Shown here one piece after another: positions 1 through 10,657 of a stretch of DNA of 46,716 nt; the first letter of the stretch is position 1, and the number at the start of each line of letters is the position of its first letter. The stretch lies in contig JBAPYE010000325.1 in NCBI GenBank assembly GCA_049284575.1, positions 1 to 46,716 of the forward strand, written 5' to 3'. Made by a program: the position numbers and the translations under genes. A model generated the notes under the pieces. The model was not told the origin of the DNA. It ran no database searches and was given only the letters and a program-made list of their open reading frames with translations. Source of the DNA: Desulfobacterales bacterium. Lineage in GTDB: Bacteria > Desulfobacterota > Desulfobacteria > Desulfobacterales > JAABRJ01.

Positions 1-1159
1 CGCCGTCGCGGACCCCTTCGATGACCCCGTCCAGCAGGCGCCGCGGGTGCAGCCGCGGGCGCAGCGGCCCGTCGTAATCGCGCTGACCGACACAGAACCC
101 GTAGCTGCCCATGATCAGCTTGGCCCCTTTGCCGGTCCCCATGGGGTCCCGGTAAACCCCCACGATCCCGGTGATGGCGCCGCCGTAGGCCTCCATGTTG
201 GAGGGTGAGTTGTGGGTTTCACCGGTGACGACGTAGTGGTGCTCATCGTCGAAACGGGCGACCCCGGCATTGTCCCACAGCACCGAGACCACCCAGGGTT
301 TGCGCTCTTTGAGGGCCAGGGTCGGGGCTTCGATACAGGTTTTAAACAAGCTGTCGATGGTTTCGGCGGGGCCGCCGGCAAGATCGCGGTAGCGAAAAAG
401 CCCGCGGAAGGTGTTGTGGTTGCAGTGGTCGCTGCGGGCCTGGGAGAGATACTCGAGTTCGATGTCGGTGGGGTCGCCCAGCCCCACCGCCGCCCGTGCG
501 CTCCGAACCTCCGGGCGCGTAAAGTACTCGCGGATGACGGGGATGTCCAGGGGGTTCAGGGCCAGATTGCGCTCAAAACTGATCCGGCGCAGGCTAGCGT
601 CACTCTCGACGGCCACGGTGGTGACCACCGGCTCGTGGTTGAGCTGCACTCTGGGCAATATGTACCCGATGCCCACGGCGGGATCCCAATCGGATTTCGG
701 GATAATCCGCCACTGCTGGATGATGTCATTGGCCAGGAGCTCTGCGGCGATCCGGTCCACCGCCGCGAAAGAGATTTCTTCGGCCTCGAGACAGTAGCGT
801 TTGGAGGTAAAAACGGCCTCGTCCCGGGCGAGCCTGATTTTTAAAAGGTCCTCGATCGCCTCGACGGCCGTGCTGCCGGGGGTGTCGCGCACGCCGGGAC
901 GATAGCCCACCCAGATGCTCCAGTCGAAGGGAATCGGCAGGGGGTCAAACGAGGCAATTTGAGTTACCGGGTTGGTAAAGATTTCGGTCCGGACGGCGCT
1001 CAGCTGGTCGGCCGAAAGCGCGGCGTCGATGGTCAGGATTTGCACCGTTCGAACCCGCCCAATGGTGATACCGAAATAATCGCTGGCCTTGCGGCGGATC
1101 CCCTCCCCTTCGGCATCGACCATTTCGGGTTTCAAGGCAATTTCGAGTCGGTAGGGCAT
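1..1159 (-). CDS. purL: Phosphoribosylformylglycinamidine (FGAM) synthase, fused PurS-PurL type; N-terminal part only, C-terminus lies beyond the window start
   Basis: Not in the ORF track because it runs off the edge. The reverse strand from ATG (1159-1157) reads MPYRLEIALKPEMVDAEGEGIRRKA (PurS-like). It continues with SDHCNHNTF, WDNAGV and ETHNSPSNMEAYGGAITGIVGVYRDPMGTG (PurL signature). The frame stays open to base 1. Confidence 0.8.
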   Translation of the reverse strand, partial: MPYRLEIALKPEMVDAEGEGIRRKASDYFGITIGRVRTVQILTIDAALSADQLSAVRTEIFTNPVTQIASFDPLPIPFDWSIWVGYRPGVRDTPGSTAVEAIEDLLKIRLARDEAVFTSKRYCLEAEEISFAAVDRIAAELLANDIIQQWRIIPKSDWDPAVGIGYILPRVQLNHEPVVTTVAVESDASLRRISFERNLALNPLDIPVIREYFTRPEVRSARAAVGLGDPTDIELEYLSQARSDHCNHNTFRGLFRYRDLAGGPAETIDSLFKTCIEAPTLALKERKPWVVSVLWDNAGVARFDDEHHYVVTGETHNSPSNMEAYGGAITGIVGVYRDPMGTGKGAKLIMGSYGFCVGQRDYDGPLRPRLHPRRLLDGVIEGVRDG

Positions 1160-1274
1160 CTTCGCTTTCCCTGGTTAAAATCCCGGCCGCAGCCGGATTG
1201 AAGGTCAAAGCACATGGCCGTGCAGCCGGCCGCCGCCGTCGTGAGCCGCTAAACGCGGCTGGTCCTGCAGCGTC

Positions 1275-2342
1275 CTACCGGAAAAATATCCGGGTGATAT
1301 CATTGTAGAACACCAAAATCATCAGCAGCAGGAGCAGGAATATCCCCGCCTGCTGGGCGACCTCGCGCACCTTGACGTTCACCGGTCGGCCGGTCACGGC
1401 CTCGATGGCAAAAAAAAGCAGATGGCCCCCATCCAGCACCGGAATCGGCAGGATGTTCAAAATCGCCAGGTTGATGCTCAGCAGCGCGATAAAGGTTACC
1501 AGGTTCCAAGCCCCTTCCTTGGCCTGCTGACCGGCCATCTCGGCGATCATGATCGGCCCCCCCAGGGTTTTGGCGGAAACCGTCCCCTGTATTAATTTCA
1601 CCACGCTGACCACGGTCAGTTTGGTGAAATAATAGGTCCGATGGATGCTCTCGTAGAGAGCCTGAAACGGGTTGAGCCGTTGGGTCTCGAAATCACCGGC
1701 GGCTGAAATGCCGATCACATAGCGGTCAACCGGCTCCCCGAAGATGTTCTGGGCCGGCCTGAGGGTCGGGGTTATCACAACCTCCCGCAGGCTCTCGCCG
1801 CGCGCGACCGTCAGAACGAGCGGGCTGCCCTCGCTTTTGGAAATGGCGGCGGCCATTTCCTCCCAGCTGCCGATGGGGGTGCCGTCGATGGCGTCGATCC
1901 GGTCATTTTCAGCCAACCCGGCCAGGGCGGCGGGCGTGTCCGCCTCGACGGCGCCGACCACCGGCTTCAGGATCATCAGCCCGGAGATCTGGAACACACC
2001 GTAGAATATGACCGCCGCCAGCAGCAGGTTGAAAAACGGGCCGGCGGCAACGATCAGAATCCGCTTGAAGACGTGCTTGTGGGTAAACGAGATGGGGATG
2101 TCGGCCGGGTCGATCTCCGCGTCGGGCTCCTCGCCGACCATCTTGACATAGCCGCCGAGAGGAATGGCGGAGACACGGTAATCGGTAATTCCAACCTGTT
2201 TACCGAAAATCCGGGGACCAAAGCCCAGCGAGAAGCGCTCCACGCCGACCCCAAAGAGTCTGGCGACCAAAAAGTGCCCGAGTTCGTGAAAAAAAATCAG
2301 AACGCCGAGAACGACGATAAATGCGATCAGGTTGGTGCTCAT
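1275..2342 (-). CDS. rseP: RIP site-2 zinc metalloprotease RseP
   Basis: 355-aa ORF. HELGHF zinc motif in the first TM helix, a central PDZ-like segment and C-terminal NILPIPVLDGGH. It sits in the conserved position after dxr. Confidence 0.9.
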   Translation of the reverse strand: MSTNLIAFIVVLGVLIFFHELGHFLVARLFGVGVERFSLGFGPRIFGKQVGITDYRVSAIPLGGYVKMVGEEPDAEIDPADIPISFTHKHVFKRILIVAAGPFFNLLLAAVIFYGVFQISGLMILKPVVGAVEADTPAALAGLAENDRIDAIDGTPIGSWEEMAAAISKSEGSPLVLTVARGESLREVVITPTLRPAQNIFGEPVDRYVIGISAAGDFETQRLNPFQALYESIHRTYYFTKLTVVSVVKLIQGTVSAKTLGGPIMIAEMAGQQAKEGAWNLVTFIALLSINLAILNILPIPVLDGGHLLFFAIEAVTGRPVNVKVREVAQQAGIFLLLLLMILVFYNDITRIFFR

Positions 2343-2391
2343 GCCGGATATGCTTTAGCGGGGCTTCCCGCATTCCATAAGGTTAACGGTT

Positions 2392-3579
2392 TCATTGAAG
2401 ATTCGACCTCAGCGCCGGTGTCGTTTTGGCGGACATTTTGCGCCGGGTCTCACCGCGCGCCCAGCGGTCGGCGCTGAGGATATCGACCAGCTGCGGGCGG
2501 GTATTTCCGCTGTGGGCCGCAAGGGTGTGCTCAACTAAAAACGGGATATCCAAAAAACCGACCTGCCCGGCCAGAAAAGCCTCTACGGCCACTTCATTGG
2601 CGGCATTCAGCACCGCCGGGTAAGTGCCGCCTGCTTCACAGGCGCCAAAGGCCAAAGCCAGGCAGGGAAAGGCCGCCAGATCCGGTTTTTCGAAGGTCAG
2701 CCCGGCCGTAGCGGCAAAGTCCGGCAGCGGCTGCTGCAACGGCCAGCGTTCGGGACAGGAGAGGGCGTAGGCGATGGCGCCTTTCATGTCCGGTACGCCC
2801 AACTGCGCCAAAATCGACCCATCCCGGTAGGCCACCATGGAGTGGATGATGCTTTGGGGATGCACCACGACCTCGATTTCCGCCGGGGCCAGGCCAAAAA
2901 GCCATTTGGCCTCGATCACCTCCAACCCTTTGTTCATCAGGGTCGCGGAATCGATGGAAATTTTCGCCCCCATCCGCCACGTGGGGTGCGCCAGGGCATC
3001 CTTGGGCCGCACACCCGCAAGGTCGTCGCGGGGCCTGCCCCGAAAGGGGCCACCGGAGGCCGTCAAAAAGATCTTTTGCAGGTCCTGCCGCCGCTGGCCT
3101 GCGAGGCACTGGAAAATGGCGCTGTGTTCACTGTCGACCGGCAAAATCGACACCCCTTTGGCTGCCGCCCGGGCCATCACCAATTGCCCGGCCATCACCA
3201 AGGTCTCCTTGTTGGCCAGGGCGATGGCCTTGCCGGCGGCAATCGCTGCAAGCGTCGGCGCAAGTCCGGCCGCGCCCACCATGGCCGTGACGACCTGATC
3301 CACGGCTGCCCAGGCAGCCGCCGCGCAGTAGCCTTGCTCGCCGAAAAGGATCTCAACCCGAGTGCCGGCGGGTAGCTGCTTTCGCAGGCTCTCGGCGGAT
3401 GCCTGATCGAAAACCGCCACCATTTCAGGGTGAAAAATTTCGATCTGCTGCAGCAAAAGCCGCAGGTTGGTCTTGGCGGTGAGAGCCTTGGCGCACAGCT
3501 TTTCCGGAAACGCTGCGACAAGCTCGAGGGTGTTGCGCCCGATGGAGCCGGTTGAACCCAAAATGGCGATATTTTTCAT
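2392..3579 (-). CDS. dxr: 1-deoxy-D-xylulose 5-phosphate reductoisomerase
   Basis: 395 aa. MKNIAILGSTGSIG NADPH-binding start, LANKETLV and DSEHSAIFQC motifs. Conserved cdsA-dxr-rseP order. Confidence 0.95.
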   Translation of the reverse strand: MKNIAILGSTGSIGRNTLELVAAFPEKLCAKALTAKTNLRLLLQQIEIFHPEMVAVFDQASAESLRKQLPAGTRVEILFGEQGYCAAAAWAAVDQVVTAMVGAAGLAPTLAAIAAGKAIALANKETLVMAGQLVMARAAAKGVSILPVDSEHSAIFQCLAGQRRQDLQKIFLTASGGPFRGRPRDDLAGVRPKDALAHPTWRMGAKISIDSATLMNKGLEVIEAKWLFGLAPAEIEVVVHPQSIIHSMVAYRDGSILAQLGVPDMKGAIAYALSCPERWPLQQPLPDFAATAGLTFEKPDLAAFPCLALAFGACEAGGTYPAVLNAANEVAVEAFLAGQVGFLDIPFLVEHTLAAHSGNTRPQLVDILSADRWARGETRRKMSAKTTPALRSNLQ

Positions 3580-3686
3580 GGCAACCCGAAACCCGATGGG
3601 GCGCTATCGGAGAAAGGTCGAATCCGCCCGGGGACTTGCGACTGTGAAAAAGCCCACGGAAATACTGCGGAGCAACGCCAAGGCGC

Positions 3687-4496
3687 TCAGGCGCAGGCCG
3701 CCTTAAAAGCGTATGCCAGCGGCGCGGCAAAAAGGAGCGCGTCGATCCGATCCAGGATGCCGCCGTGCCCCGGTAAAATTCCGCCGGAATCCTTAACTCC
3801 GGCCGCCCGTTTGAGAACAGATTCAAAAAGATCCCCGGCCTGACCGACAGCGCCCATGCCCAGCAGTGCGATAAGCCCACCCCCCCACGGCAGCGGGGGC
3901 AGCACAAAGAGGAAAAACAGGCTGCCCACCAACAGATTGGCGGCAAGGCCGCCTAGCGCGCCCTCGATGGTTTTCTTGGGGCTCACCGAAGGGCACAGCT
4001 TGTTGCGCCCCAGATAGGTGCCGGCATAAAAGGCCCCGATGTCTCCTCCAAAAATAACACTGACGACAAAGAAAACCCAGGCGACACCGTGGTCACCGGC
4101 ACGCAGCATGACAAGGTGGGACAGCAGAAGGGGAATGTAAAGGCTTCCGGCCAGTTGCTTGAAGAGGATTTCGGGAATCGTGGGAACCGTTTTGAAATAA
4201 ACCAGACCGACAATGCCCGCCAAAATCAGATTGGCCGTCAGGATGGCGGCGATGGCGGCCGGTTGACCGGCATGGGCGGCGCCGATGATACCGATCCCGA
4301 CCAGATAGCCTACAAGCGGCACAATCCGGGGCACCGAATGACGTTGCGGGTGGTAGACGACCCGGTAATATTCCCACAACGCCACCCCGGCGACCAGGGC
4401 GATGCTCCCCCCAAAAAGGGCGGCCCCTCCCCGGGCGATGATCGCGATCAGGAGGGGCAGGGCCAACACCCCGGTTATCCAGCGCTTAAGATGCAT
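3687..4496 (-). CDS. cdsA: Phosphatidate cytidylyltransferase
   Basis: 269 aa, multi-TM. C-terminal CDS signature SVLKRAAGVKDSGGILPGHGGILDRIDALLF. Confidence 0.9.
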   Translation of the reverse strand: MHLKRWITGVLALPLLIAIIARGGAALFGGSIALVAGVALWEYYRVVYHPQRHSVPRIVPLVGYLVGIGIIGAAHAGQPAAIAAILTANLILAGIVGLVYFKTVPTIPEILFKQLAGSLYIPLLLSHLVMLRAGDHGVAWVFFVVSVIFGGDIGAFYAGTYLGRNKLCPSVSPKKTIEGALGGLAANLLVGSLFFLFVLPPLPWGGGLIALLGMGAVGQAGDLFESVLKRAAGVKDSGGILPGHGGILDRIDALLFAAPLAYAFKAACA

Positions 4497-4498
4497 GC

Positions 4499-5263
4499 TT
4501 ACTGGGGTGGCAAGGCTTCCGGGATTTTCCCAAACCGCCGTTCACGCGCCTGGTAGTGGCGCAAAATAGCGAGAAACTCCTCCCGATCGAAGTCCGGCCA
4601 CAGGGTTGGGGTGACAAAAATTTCGGCATACGCGATTTGCCACAAGAGAAAATTGCTGATTCGCATCTCACCGCTGGTGCGGATCAGCAGATCAGGATCC
4701 GGCATGGTTCCGGTATACAGATGACGGGCAACCAACCCCGCATCGATGGCATCGGGCGCCAGTCGACCGGCCTGGACTTCGCGCGCGATTTCCCGGACCA
4801 TTTTGACGATTTCCGCCCGCCCGCCGTAGCTGAGGGCCAGATTGACGGTCATCGCGGCATTGTTGCGCGTCAGGGAAACGATATCGTTCAGGGCCGCTTG
4901 GAGATCCCCGGGAAGGCTCTCCATCTCGCCCAGGACCTTGAGCCGGATGTTCTGCTGCTGCAATTCGTCTTTTTCCGTGCCGATGAATTTTTTCAGCAGC
5001 GCCATCAATGCGCTCACCTCCGCCTTGGGGCGCTGCCAGTTTTCGGTTGAAAAGGCATACAGGGTCAGAAACTGAATGCCGATTTCACGGCAGGTGCGAA
5101 CCACGGTTCGAACGGTATCGGCACCCTTTTCATGTCCTTTGACCCGGTTGAGCAACCGGCGCTTGGCCCACCGACCGTTGCCATCCATGATGATGGCGAT
5201 GTGGGTCGGGAGCCTGGCAGGGTCCACACCGCCCAGATCGACGGTCGGCGGGTTAGAATTCAA
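4499..5263 (-). CDS. uppS: Ditrans,polycis-undecaprenyl-diphosphate synthase
   Basis: 254 aa. [10 protein letters not shown] and [20 protein letters not shown] cis-prenyltransferase motifs. Overlaps the frr stop by 11 nt. Confidence 0.95.
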   Translation of the reverse strand: MNSNPPTVDLGGVDPARLPTHIAIIMDGNGRWAKRRLLNRVKGHEKGADTVRTVVRTCREIGIQFLTLYAFSTENWQRPKAEVSALMALLKKFIGTEKDELQQQNIRLKVLGEMESLPGDLQAALNDIVSLTRNNAAMTVNLALSYGGRAEIVKMVREIAREVQAGRLAPDAIDAGLVARHLYTGTMPDPDLLIRTSGEMRISNFLLWQIAYAEIFVTPTLWPDFDREEFLAILRHYQARERRFGKIPEALPPQ

Positions 5264-5810
5264 GAATTTCCTTTTCTTTTTCCTGAAAGACCTCGTCGAT
5301 CAGTTTGATGTATTCGTCGGTGATCTTCTGGACTTGATCCTGCGCCTTGAAAGCCTCGTCTTCCGATATATCCCCGTCCTTTTTAAACCCTTTCAGGAGC
5401 TCGTTGGCGTCCCGGCGGATGTTGCGAATGGCGACCTTGTGCTCCTCGCTCATCTTGTGAACGATCTTTACAAGCTCCTTGCGCCGCTCCTCGGTCAGGG
5501 GGGGGATCGCAATGCGGATCAGCTTGCCGTCGTTGGAGGGGGTCAGCCCCAAATCCGATTTCAGGAGAGCCTTTTCAATTTCCTTGATGGCCGACACGTC
5601 CCACGGCTGGATCGTGATCAGACGGCTTTCGGGAACCGAGAGCGAGGCCATCTGGTTAAGCGGCGTCGGCGTGCCGTAATAGTCCACCCGGATGCCGTCC
5701 AGCAGGGCCAGGGAGGCCCGACCGGTGCGGACCTTCTTGAACTCGGTTTTCAATGCGGCAACGGTCTTGCCCATGCGCTCGCGGGTTTCCTGACAAGTTT
5801 CGGCGATCAT
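5253..5810 (-). CDS. frr: Ribosome recycling factor
   Basis: 185 aa, full-length RRF-like sequence (..[21 protein letters not shown]..). Position between pyrH and uppS. Confidence 0.95.
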   Translation of the reverse strand: MIAETCQETRERMGKTVAALKTEFKKVRTGRASLALLDGIRVDYYGTPTPLNQMASLSVPESRLITIQPWDVSAIKEIEKALLKSDLGLTPSNDGKLIRIAIPPLTEERRKELVKIVHKMSEEHKVAIRNIRRDANELLKGFKKDGDISEDEAFKAQDQVQKITDEYIKLIDEVFQEKEKEILEF

Positions 5811-5872
5811 TGTAACCCCCTTGGACTATAAACTTGACGGTTCCGTAAAAAACATTTTACCCTGTGGCGAGG

Positions 5873-6589
5873 TCAGTTTTCAATCCGGGTGCCGATTTTT
5901 TCCCCGCAAACGGCCCGCTTGACACTGCCGCTGGTCTTGAGGTTGAAGACCACCAGCGGCAGGTGGTTGTCCATGGCCAGGGAGATGGCGGTCATGTCCA
6001 TGACGTTCAGCTGTTTTTCAAGGACTTGCATGTAGGAAATTGCCGGGATAAACCGGGCATCCTTGTTCTTTTCGGGGTCCGCATCATAAATCCCGTCCAC
6101 TTTGGTGGCCTTGAAAAGAACCTCGGCGTGAATTTCCTGGGCACGCAAGACGGCTGCGGTATCAGTGGTAAAGTAGGGATTGCCGGTGCCAGCGGCAAAA
6201 ATCACCACCCGGCCTTTTTCAAGATGGCGCACCGCCCGGCGGAGAATATACGGCTCGGCGACCTCATGCATCGAAATGGCCGATTGCACCCGGGTCTGCA
6301 CCCCGCGCTTGTCCAGCGCATCCTGCAGCGCCAAGCTGTTGATGACGGTCGCCAGCATGCCCATGTGATCAGCCGAGGCCCGGTCCATGTCAAAAGAGCT
6401 GGCGGCAACACCTCGAAAAATATTGCCGCCGCCCACCACGATGGCCAGTTCAACCCCCATGTCGTAAACCGACTGGATCTCCCCGGCTACGTATTTCAGA
6501 ATATCCGGACTGATGCCGAAGCCCTGATCACCCATCAGGGCTTCGCCGCTGAGTTTCAAAAGAACTCTCCGGTATTGTGGCTGCGCCAA
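5873..6589 (-). CDS. pyrH: UMP kinase
   Basis: 238 aa. [11 protein letters not shown] amino-acid-kinase N-terminus and [10 protein letters not shown]. tsf-pyrH-frr synteny. Confidence 0.95.
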   Translation of the reverse strand: MAQPQYRRVLLKLSGEALMGDQGFGISPDILKYVAGEIQSVYDMGVELAIVVGGGNIFRGVAASSFDMDRASADHMGMLATVINSLALQDALDKRGVQTRVQSAISMHEVAEPYILRRAVRHLEKGRVVIFAAGTGNPYFTTDTAAVLRAQEIHAEVLFKATKVDGIYDADPEKNKDARFIPAISYMQVLEKQLNVMDMTAISLAMDNHLPLVVFNLKTSGSVKRAVCGEKIGTRIEN

Positions 6590-6595
6590 AGGTGG

Positions 6596-7192
6596 TTAAT
6601 CTCCTATTTGGAAGCGTGCAAAGCGCCGGATGGAAATATTTTCACCGATTTTGGCGATGGTTTCATTGAGCAGATCGGTGATGGTAAGATTTGGATCGCG
6701 CACGTAGGGCTGATTCATCAGGCAGTTGTCCTTGAAAAACTTGGCCATTTTGCCCTCGGCGATCTTTTCGAGCATCTTTTCCGGTTTGCCCATTTCCTGG
6801 GCCTGCCCGCGGTAGATTTCCATCTCTTTTTCGACGACCGCCGCAGGCACATCCTCGGGGGCGATGCCCACCGGGTTGGTGGCGGCGATATGCATGGCGA
6901 TGTTTCTGGCAAATCCCTGAAAATCTTCATTCTTCGCCACGAAGTCGGACTCGCAGTTGACCTCCACGAGAACGCCGATTTTGCCGCCCATGTGAATGTA
7001 GGACTGGACAATTCCTTCGGAAGTTGCCCGCCCGGCCCGTTTTTGAGCGGTGGCCAGCCCCTTTTTTCTTAGAAATTCAACCGCTTTTTCCATGTCGCCA
7101 TCGCATTCGGCGAGGGCTTTCTTACAATCCATCATACCAACCCCGGTTTTTTCACGGAGTTCTTTTACCATTTGCGCACTTATCGCTGCCAT
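6596..7192 (-). CDS. tsf: Translation elongation factor Ts (short ~200-aa form)
   Basis: 198 aa. VKELREKTGVGMMDCKKAL UBA-like N-terminus, directly downstream of rpsB. Confidence 0.95.
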   Translation of the reverse strand: MAAISAQMVKELREKTGVGMMDCKKALAECDGDMEKAVEFLRKKGLATAQKRAGRATSEGIVQSYIHMGGKIGVLVEVNCESDFVAKNEDFQGFARNIAMHIAATNPVGIAPEDVPAAVVEKEMEIYRGQAQEMGKPEKMLEKIAEGKMAKFFKDNCLMNQPYVRDPNLTITDLLNETIAKIGENISIRRFARFQIGD

Positions 7193-7209
7193 CGTCGCTC
7201 TCTCCTCAT

Positions 7210-8103
7210 CTATTCTTTTTCGCTGGTTTCGCCGGTCGCGCCACCCTCGGGCAGCGCTTCACCGGCGGCCGGGCCGGTGGTTTTGCGAATGACTTCAACA
7301 ACCGGCCCCGCCGAACCATCGGCAATGATCTTGCGCTCGCCCGGCTGCAGCTCGACGCCCGCAACCGGCGCGGCCTTTTCCGCAACCGCCTTGTCGGTTT
7401 CGGCCTGCTGTTTTTCTTCATAGCGTTTGCGGCCCTGCTCACAGGCATCCGCAATTCCGGAGGAAATCAGCCGAATGGCACGAATGGCATCATCGTTGCC
7501 GGGAATGAGGTAGTCAATGTCATCAGGATTGCAATTGGTGTCCACAATGGCAACGATCGGGATGCCCAAGCGGCGCCCTTCCTTGACCGCGATCGCCTCG
7601 TTCTTGGGATCGACCACAAACAGCGCCCCCGGAAGCGATTTCATCAACCGGATGCCGCCCAGGTTGCTGTCAAGCTTGGCCCTTTCCTTGCCGAGCTTCA
7701 ACCGCTCTTTTTTGGGAAACAGATTGATGGTGCCGTCGTTTTCGATATTGTTGAGGTAGTTCAAGCGGTCGATGCTCTGTTTGATGGTCTGGAAGTTAGT
7801 CATCATGCCGCCCAGCCAACGGTTGTGGACGTAGTACATTTCACAGCGGTTGGCCTCTTCGTAGATGGCGTCGCGGGCCTGTTTCTTGGTCCCGACAAAA
7901 AGCACGGACTTGCCCTTGGCAACCGTGTCGGCCACGAAGTCGTAGGCATTCTTGAACATCCGAACCGTTTTTTGAAGGTCGATGATGTAGATTCCGTTGC
8001 GGGCGCCGAAGATATAGGGCTTCATTTTCGGGTTCCAGCGCTTGGTCTGATGACCAAAATGGACGCCGGCCTCCAGCAGTTCCTTCATTGTGACATACGC
8101 CAT
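7210..8103 (-). CDS. rpsB: 30S ribosomal protein S2 with an Ala/Pro/Glu-rich C-terminal tail
   Basis: [27 protein letters not shown]. An aaggagaaagaac RBS precedes ATG 8103. The ORF-track start at 8145 is an upstream in-frame extension. Confidence 0.95.
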   Translation of the reverse strand: MAYVTMKELLEAGVHFGHQTKRWNPKMKPYIFGARNGIYIIDLQKTVRMFKNAYDFVADTVAKGKSVLFVGTKKQARDAIYEEANRCEMYYVHNRWLGGMMTNFQTIKQSIDRLNYLNNIENDGTINLFPKKERLKLGKERAKLDSNLGGIRLMKSLPGALFVVDPKNEAIAVKEGRRLGIPIVAIVDTNCNPDDIDYLIPGNDDAIRAIRLISSGIADACEQGRKRYEEKQQAETDKAVAEKAAPVAGVELQPGERKIIADGSAGPVVEVIRKTTGPAAGEALPEGGATGETSEKE

Positions 8104-8238
8104 GTTCTTTCTCCTTGTCTGTTGGGTTGGGTCCACCGCCAGCATCCACCTCGTTTCCGGCTTTCACCGAACCGGTTGAAAGCACCCGAAAAAGAGTCCA
8201 CCGGCGTGCGTATTAAAAAATCTTTTCTTACTAACAAA

Positions 8239-9177
8239 TTACCGTGAAGACCGCAATCTATTTTTTATCAACTGCAGCATCCGATCCAGCCCACTGTAAT
8301 CCTGAAAAACGGTTGATTCGTCATACAACTCGCAGTCGGCCGCGACCACTTCCAGGGCCTTGGCCTGGTCCCAACCGATTTCCAGCAAGAGCCGCCCTCC
8401 CGGGGTTAGAAAGGCAGGGGCCTGGCGGATGATCCGGCGCAGGTCCTGAAGGCCGTCCGGCCCACCATCCAGCGCCTGCCGCGGCTCGAAACGGCCGATT
8501 TCGGGTTGCAGCCCGGCGATGTCTCCGGCGCGAATGTAGGGAGGGTTTGAGACGATCAGATCGAACAGCGGCCCGCCCGGCCGCAGGGCCTCCAACCAGT
8601 CCGCAGCCCAGAAAGAGACCCGGCCGAGGAGACCGGCACGGCGCGCGTTCATCCGGGCGACGGTCAGCGCCGCCACCGATCGGTCGAGGGCATAGAACCG
8701 GTGAGCGGGCCGCTCTTTGGCCAGGGTCAGAATGATGGCACCCGAGCCGGTCCCCAACTCCAAGACGCGACAGGGGTTTGCCGCGGCATCGCACGGCAAA
8801 AATTCAAGCGCCTTTTCAACCAGGCATTCGGTTTCGGGCCGGGGAATCAGGACCGCCGGGGTGACCGCAAGCTCAAGGGACCAGAAGTCCTTTCGGCCGA
8901 CGATATAGGCCACCGGTTCGCGCGCGGCACGCCGTTTGATGACAGCCTTGAAGCGGCGAAGCTCATCGGGGTTCAGCGGCTGGTCATAGTGGGTGTAAAG
9001 GGCGATCCGCTCGCTGGCAAGGGTGTGGGCCAGCAGAATTTCGGCATCGGCGCGGGGGGATTGGATTCCGTGGGACTTGAAAAAAGACGTGGTCCATGCG
9101 AGCAGTTTCAGTATGGTCCAGTTAACTTCCCGGGGCGGCTGCCCGGTTGATGGCGGGGGAGTGACCGGTGTCTGCAT
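8239..9177 (-). CDS. prmC: Release factor glutamine N5-methyltransferase PrmC/HemK
   Basis: 312 aa. [13 protein letters not shown] motif and NPPY catalytic motif. Directly downstream of prfA; its ATG lies 56 nt inside the prfA 3' end. Confidence 0.9.
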   Translation of the reverse strand: MQTPVTPPPSTGQPPREVNWTILKLLAWTTSFFKSHGIQSPRADAEILLAHTLASERIALYTHYDQPLNPDELRRFKAVIKRRAAREPVAYIVGRKDFWSLELAVTPAVLIPRPETECLVEKALEFLPCDAAANPCRVLELGTGSGAIILTLAKERPAHRFYALDRSVAALTVARMNARRAGLLGRVSFWAADWLEALRPGGPLFDLIVSNPPYIRAGDIAGLQPEIGRFEPRQALDGGPDGLQDLRRIIRQAPAFLTPGGRLLLEIGWDQAKALEVVAADCELYDESTVFQDYSGLDRMLQLIKNRLRSSR

Positions 9178-10231
9178 TTTTAAGCGCCTGAGCTTGGTAG
9201 AAGGTGACCAGCTCGTCTATGATCTCGTCGATTTCCCCCTGCAGGATGCTCTCGAGCCTGTAGAGGGTCAGCCCGATGCGATGGTCGGTGACCCGGCCCT
9301 GGGGAAAATTGTAGGTTCGAATCCGCTCGCTGCGGTCACCCGATCCGATCTGGTTTTTGCGGGTTTCCGAGCGTTTTTCATTCTGCTCGCGGAGCATCTG
9401 GTCATACAGGCGCGCCCGCAGCACCTTCATGGCCTTGTTTTTGTTCTTCAGCTGGGATTTTTCATCCTGGCAGGTGACCACCAGGCCCGTTGGCAGGTGG
9501 GTGATGCGGACCGCCGAATCGGTGGTGTTGACCGATTGACCGCCCGGGCCGGTGGAGCGGTAGACATCCACCTTGAGATCACCGGGATCGACCTGAACCT
9601 CGACCTCCTCGGCTTCGGGCAACACTGCAACGGTAACCGCCGAGGTGTGGATCCGCCCCTGGGCCTCGGTGGTGGGCACGCGCTGGACCCGGTGTGTCCC
9701 GCTTTCATATTTGAGGCGGCTGAAGGCGCCGTGGCCCTGGATCATGGCGATGACCTCCTTCAACCCGCCGGCGCCGGAGGCGTGGTGGGTCATCACCTCG
9801 ATCCGCCAGCCCTTGCTTTCCGCGTAGCGGGAGTACATCTTGTAAAGATCGCCGGCAAACAGACCGGCCTCCTCACCGCCGGTACCCGCCCGGATTTCGA
9901 TCAGGACGTTCTTTTCATCGTTGGGGTCTCTGGGCATCAGGAGCTTCCTCAGCTCCGCCTCCAACCCCTCCTTGGCGGTCATCAGCGCGTGGATTTCTTC
10001 GCGGGCAAGCTCTTTTATGCCCGGGTCCCCGTCGCGCAGCAGGTCGTTGCTGTCCGCCAATTCTTTGACCGTTTGCCTGTAAAGGCGATAGGCCCCCACG
10101 ATCTTGTTCAGTTCGGCGTGCTCCCGCACAATTTTCTGGTATTCATGGCGGTCGTTAACGCTTTCGGGGTCACTGAGACGCTTCTCGATCTCCAAAAATC
10201 GCTCTTCAACCCCTTTTAGTCTGCTGAACAT
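9122..10231 (-). CDS. prfA: Peptide chain release factor 1
   Basis: [19 protein letters not shown] start (ATG 10231; the ORF-track start at 10351 is an upstream extension). RVPTTE (PxT) decoding motif and GPGGQSVN (GGQ) motif. Confidence 0.95.
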   Translation of the reverse strand: MFSRLKGVEERFLEIEKRLSDPESVNDRHEYQKIVREHAELNKIVGAYRLYRQTVKELADSNDLLRDGDPGIKELAREEIHALMTAKEGLEAELRKLLMPRDPNDEKNVLIEIRAGTGGEEAGLFAGDLYKMYSRYAESKGWRIEVMTHHASGAGGLKEVIAMIQGHGAFSRLKYESGTHRVQRVPTTEAQGRIHTSAVTVAVLPEAEEVEVQVDPGDLKVDVYRSTGPGGQSVNTTDSAVRITHLPTGLVVTCQDEKSQLKNKNKAMKVLRARLYDQMLREQNEKRSETRKNQIGSGDRSERIRTYNFPQGRVTDHRIGLTLYRLESILQGEIDEIIDELVTFYQAQALKNADTGHSPAINRAAAPGS

Positions 10232-10353
10232 GGTCTTTAAACTACCCTGTTTGGCCGGGTATACCCGGAGCGGATCCGTTTCTGGGTTGCATCCTGCGCC
10301 TGCCGGGGGTAAGCGGCCAGCTTCGGCGTCTGAACTCCAAAAGCCCAACATGA

Positions 10354-10395
10354 AAATAGTTGAATGGTCTGAAAATCAAACCGATTCAACTATTT
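10354..10395 (-). terminator. AT-rich hairpin between rpmE and prfA (possible weak terminator or attenuator)
   Basis: Perfect 12-bp inverted repeat AAATAGTTGAAT/ATTCAACTATTT plus 3 inner bp. On the minus strand it is followed by TCATGTTGGGCTTTTGG, so the U-tract is only partial. Confidence 0.35.
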
Positions 10396-10425
10396 CAATC
10401 CCCCCGCCAGCGGCGCTGGGTGGGC

Positions 10426-10641
10426 TTAGCGGTCGTTTTGCTGAAACTTGGCGTACTTTCTGCGGAAACGCTCAATCCGTCCGGCGGTGTCGACCAGCTT
10501 CTGCTTTCCGGTGAAGAAAGGGTGACACTGGGAACAGATTTCAACACTGATATCGGACTTGGTCGAACCGACGGTCATTTCGTTGCCGCAGGCACAGCGA
10601 ATGACGGTTTCTTTGTAGTCGGGATGAATTCCGCTCTTCAT
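10426..10641 (-). CDS. rpmE: 50S ribosomal protein L31 (Zn-ribbon type A)
   Basis: 71 aa. [35 protein letters not shown] with four Cys. An aaggagga RBS lies upstream. Confidence 0.95.
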   Translation of the reverse strand: MKSGIHPDYKETVIRCACGNEMTVGSTKSDISVEICSQCHPFFTGKQKLVDTAGRIERFRRKYAKFQQNDR

Positions 10642-10657
10642 TTGATCTAAATCCTCC

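Noticed and set aside
1179-1199. Hairpin AATCC(C)GGC/GCCGGATT followed by TTTTAA on the minus strand, between rseP and purL
   Set aside because: It lies only ~20 nt upstream of the purL ATG, leaving no room for a promoter. The stem is imperfect and the U-tract short. I cannot tell whether it is a terminator, an attenuator or incidental structure.
5864-7072. 402-aa plus-strand ORF
   Set aside because: It is fully antisense to pyrH and tsf, which have unmistakable protein signatures. The product is Gly/His/Arg-rich and low in complexity, as is typical of antisense frames in GC-rich DNA.
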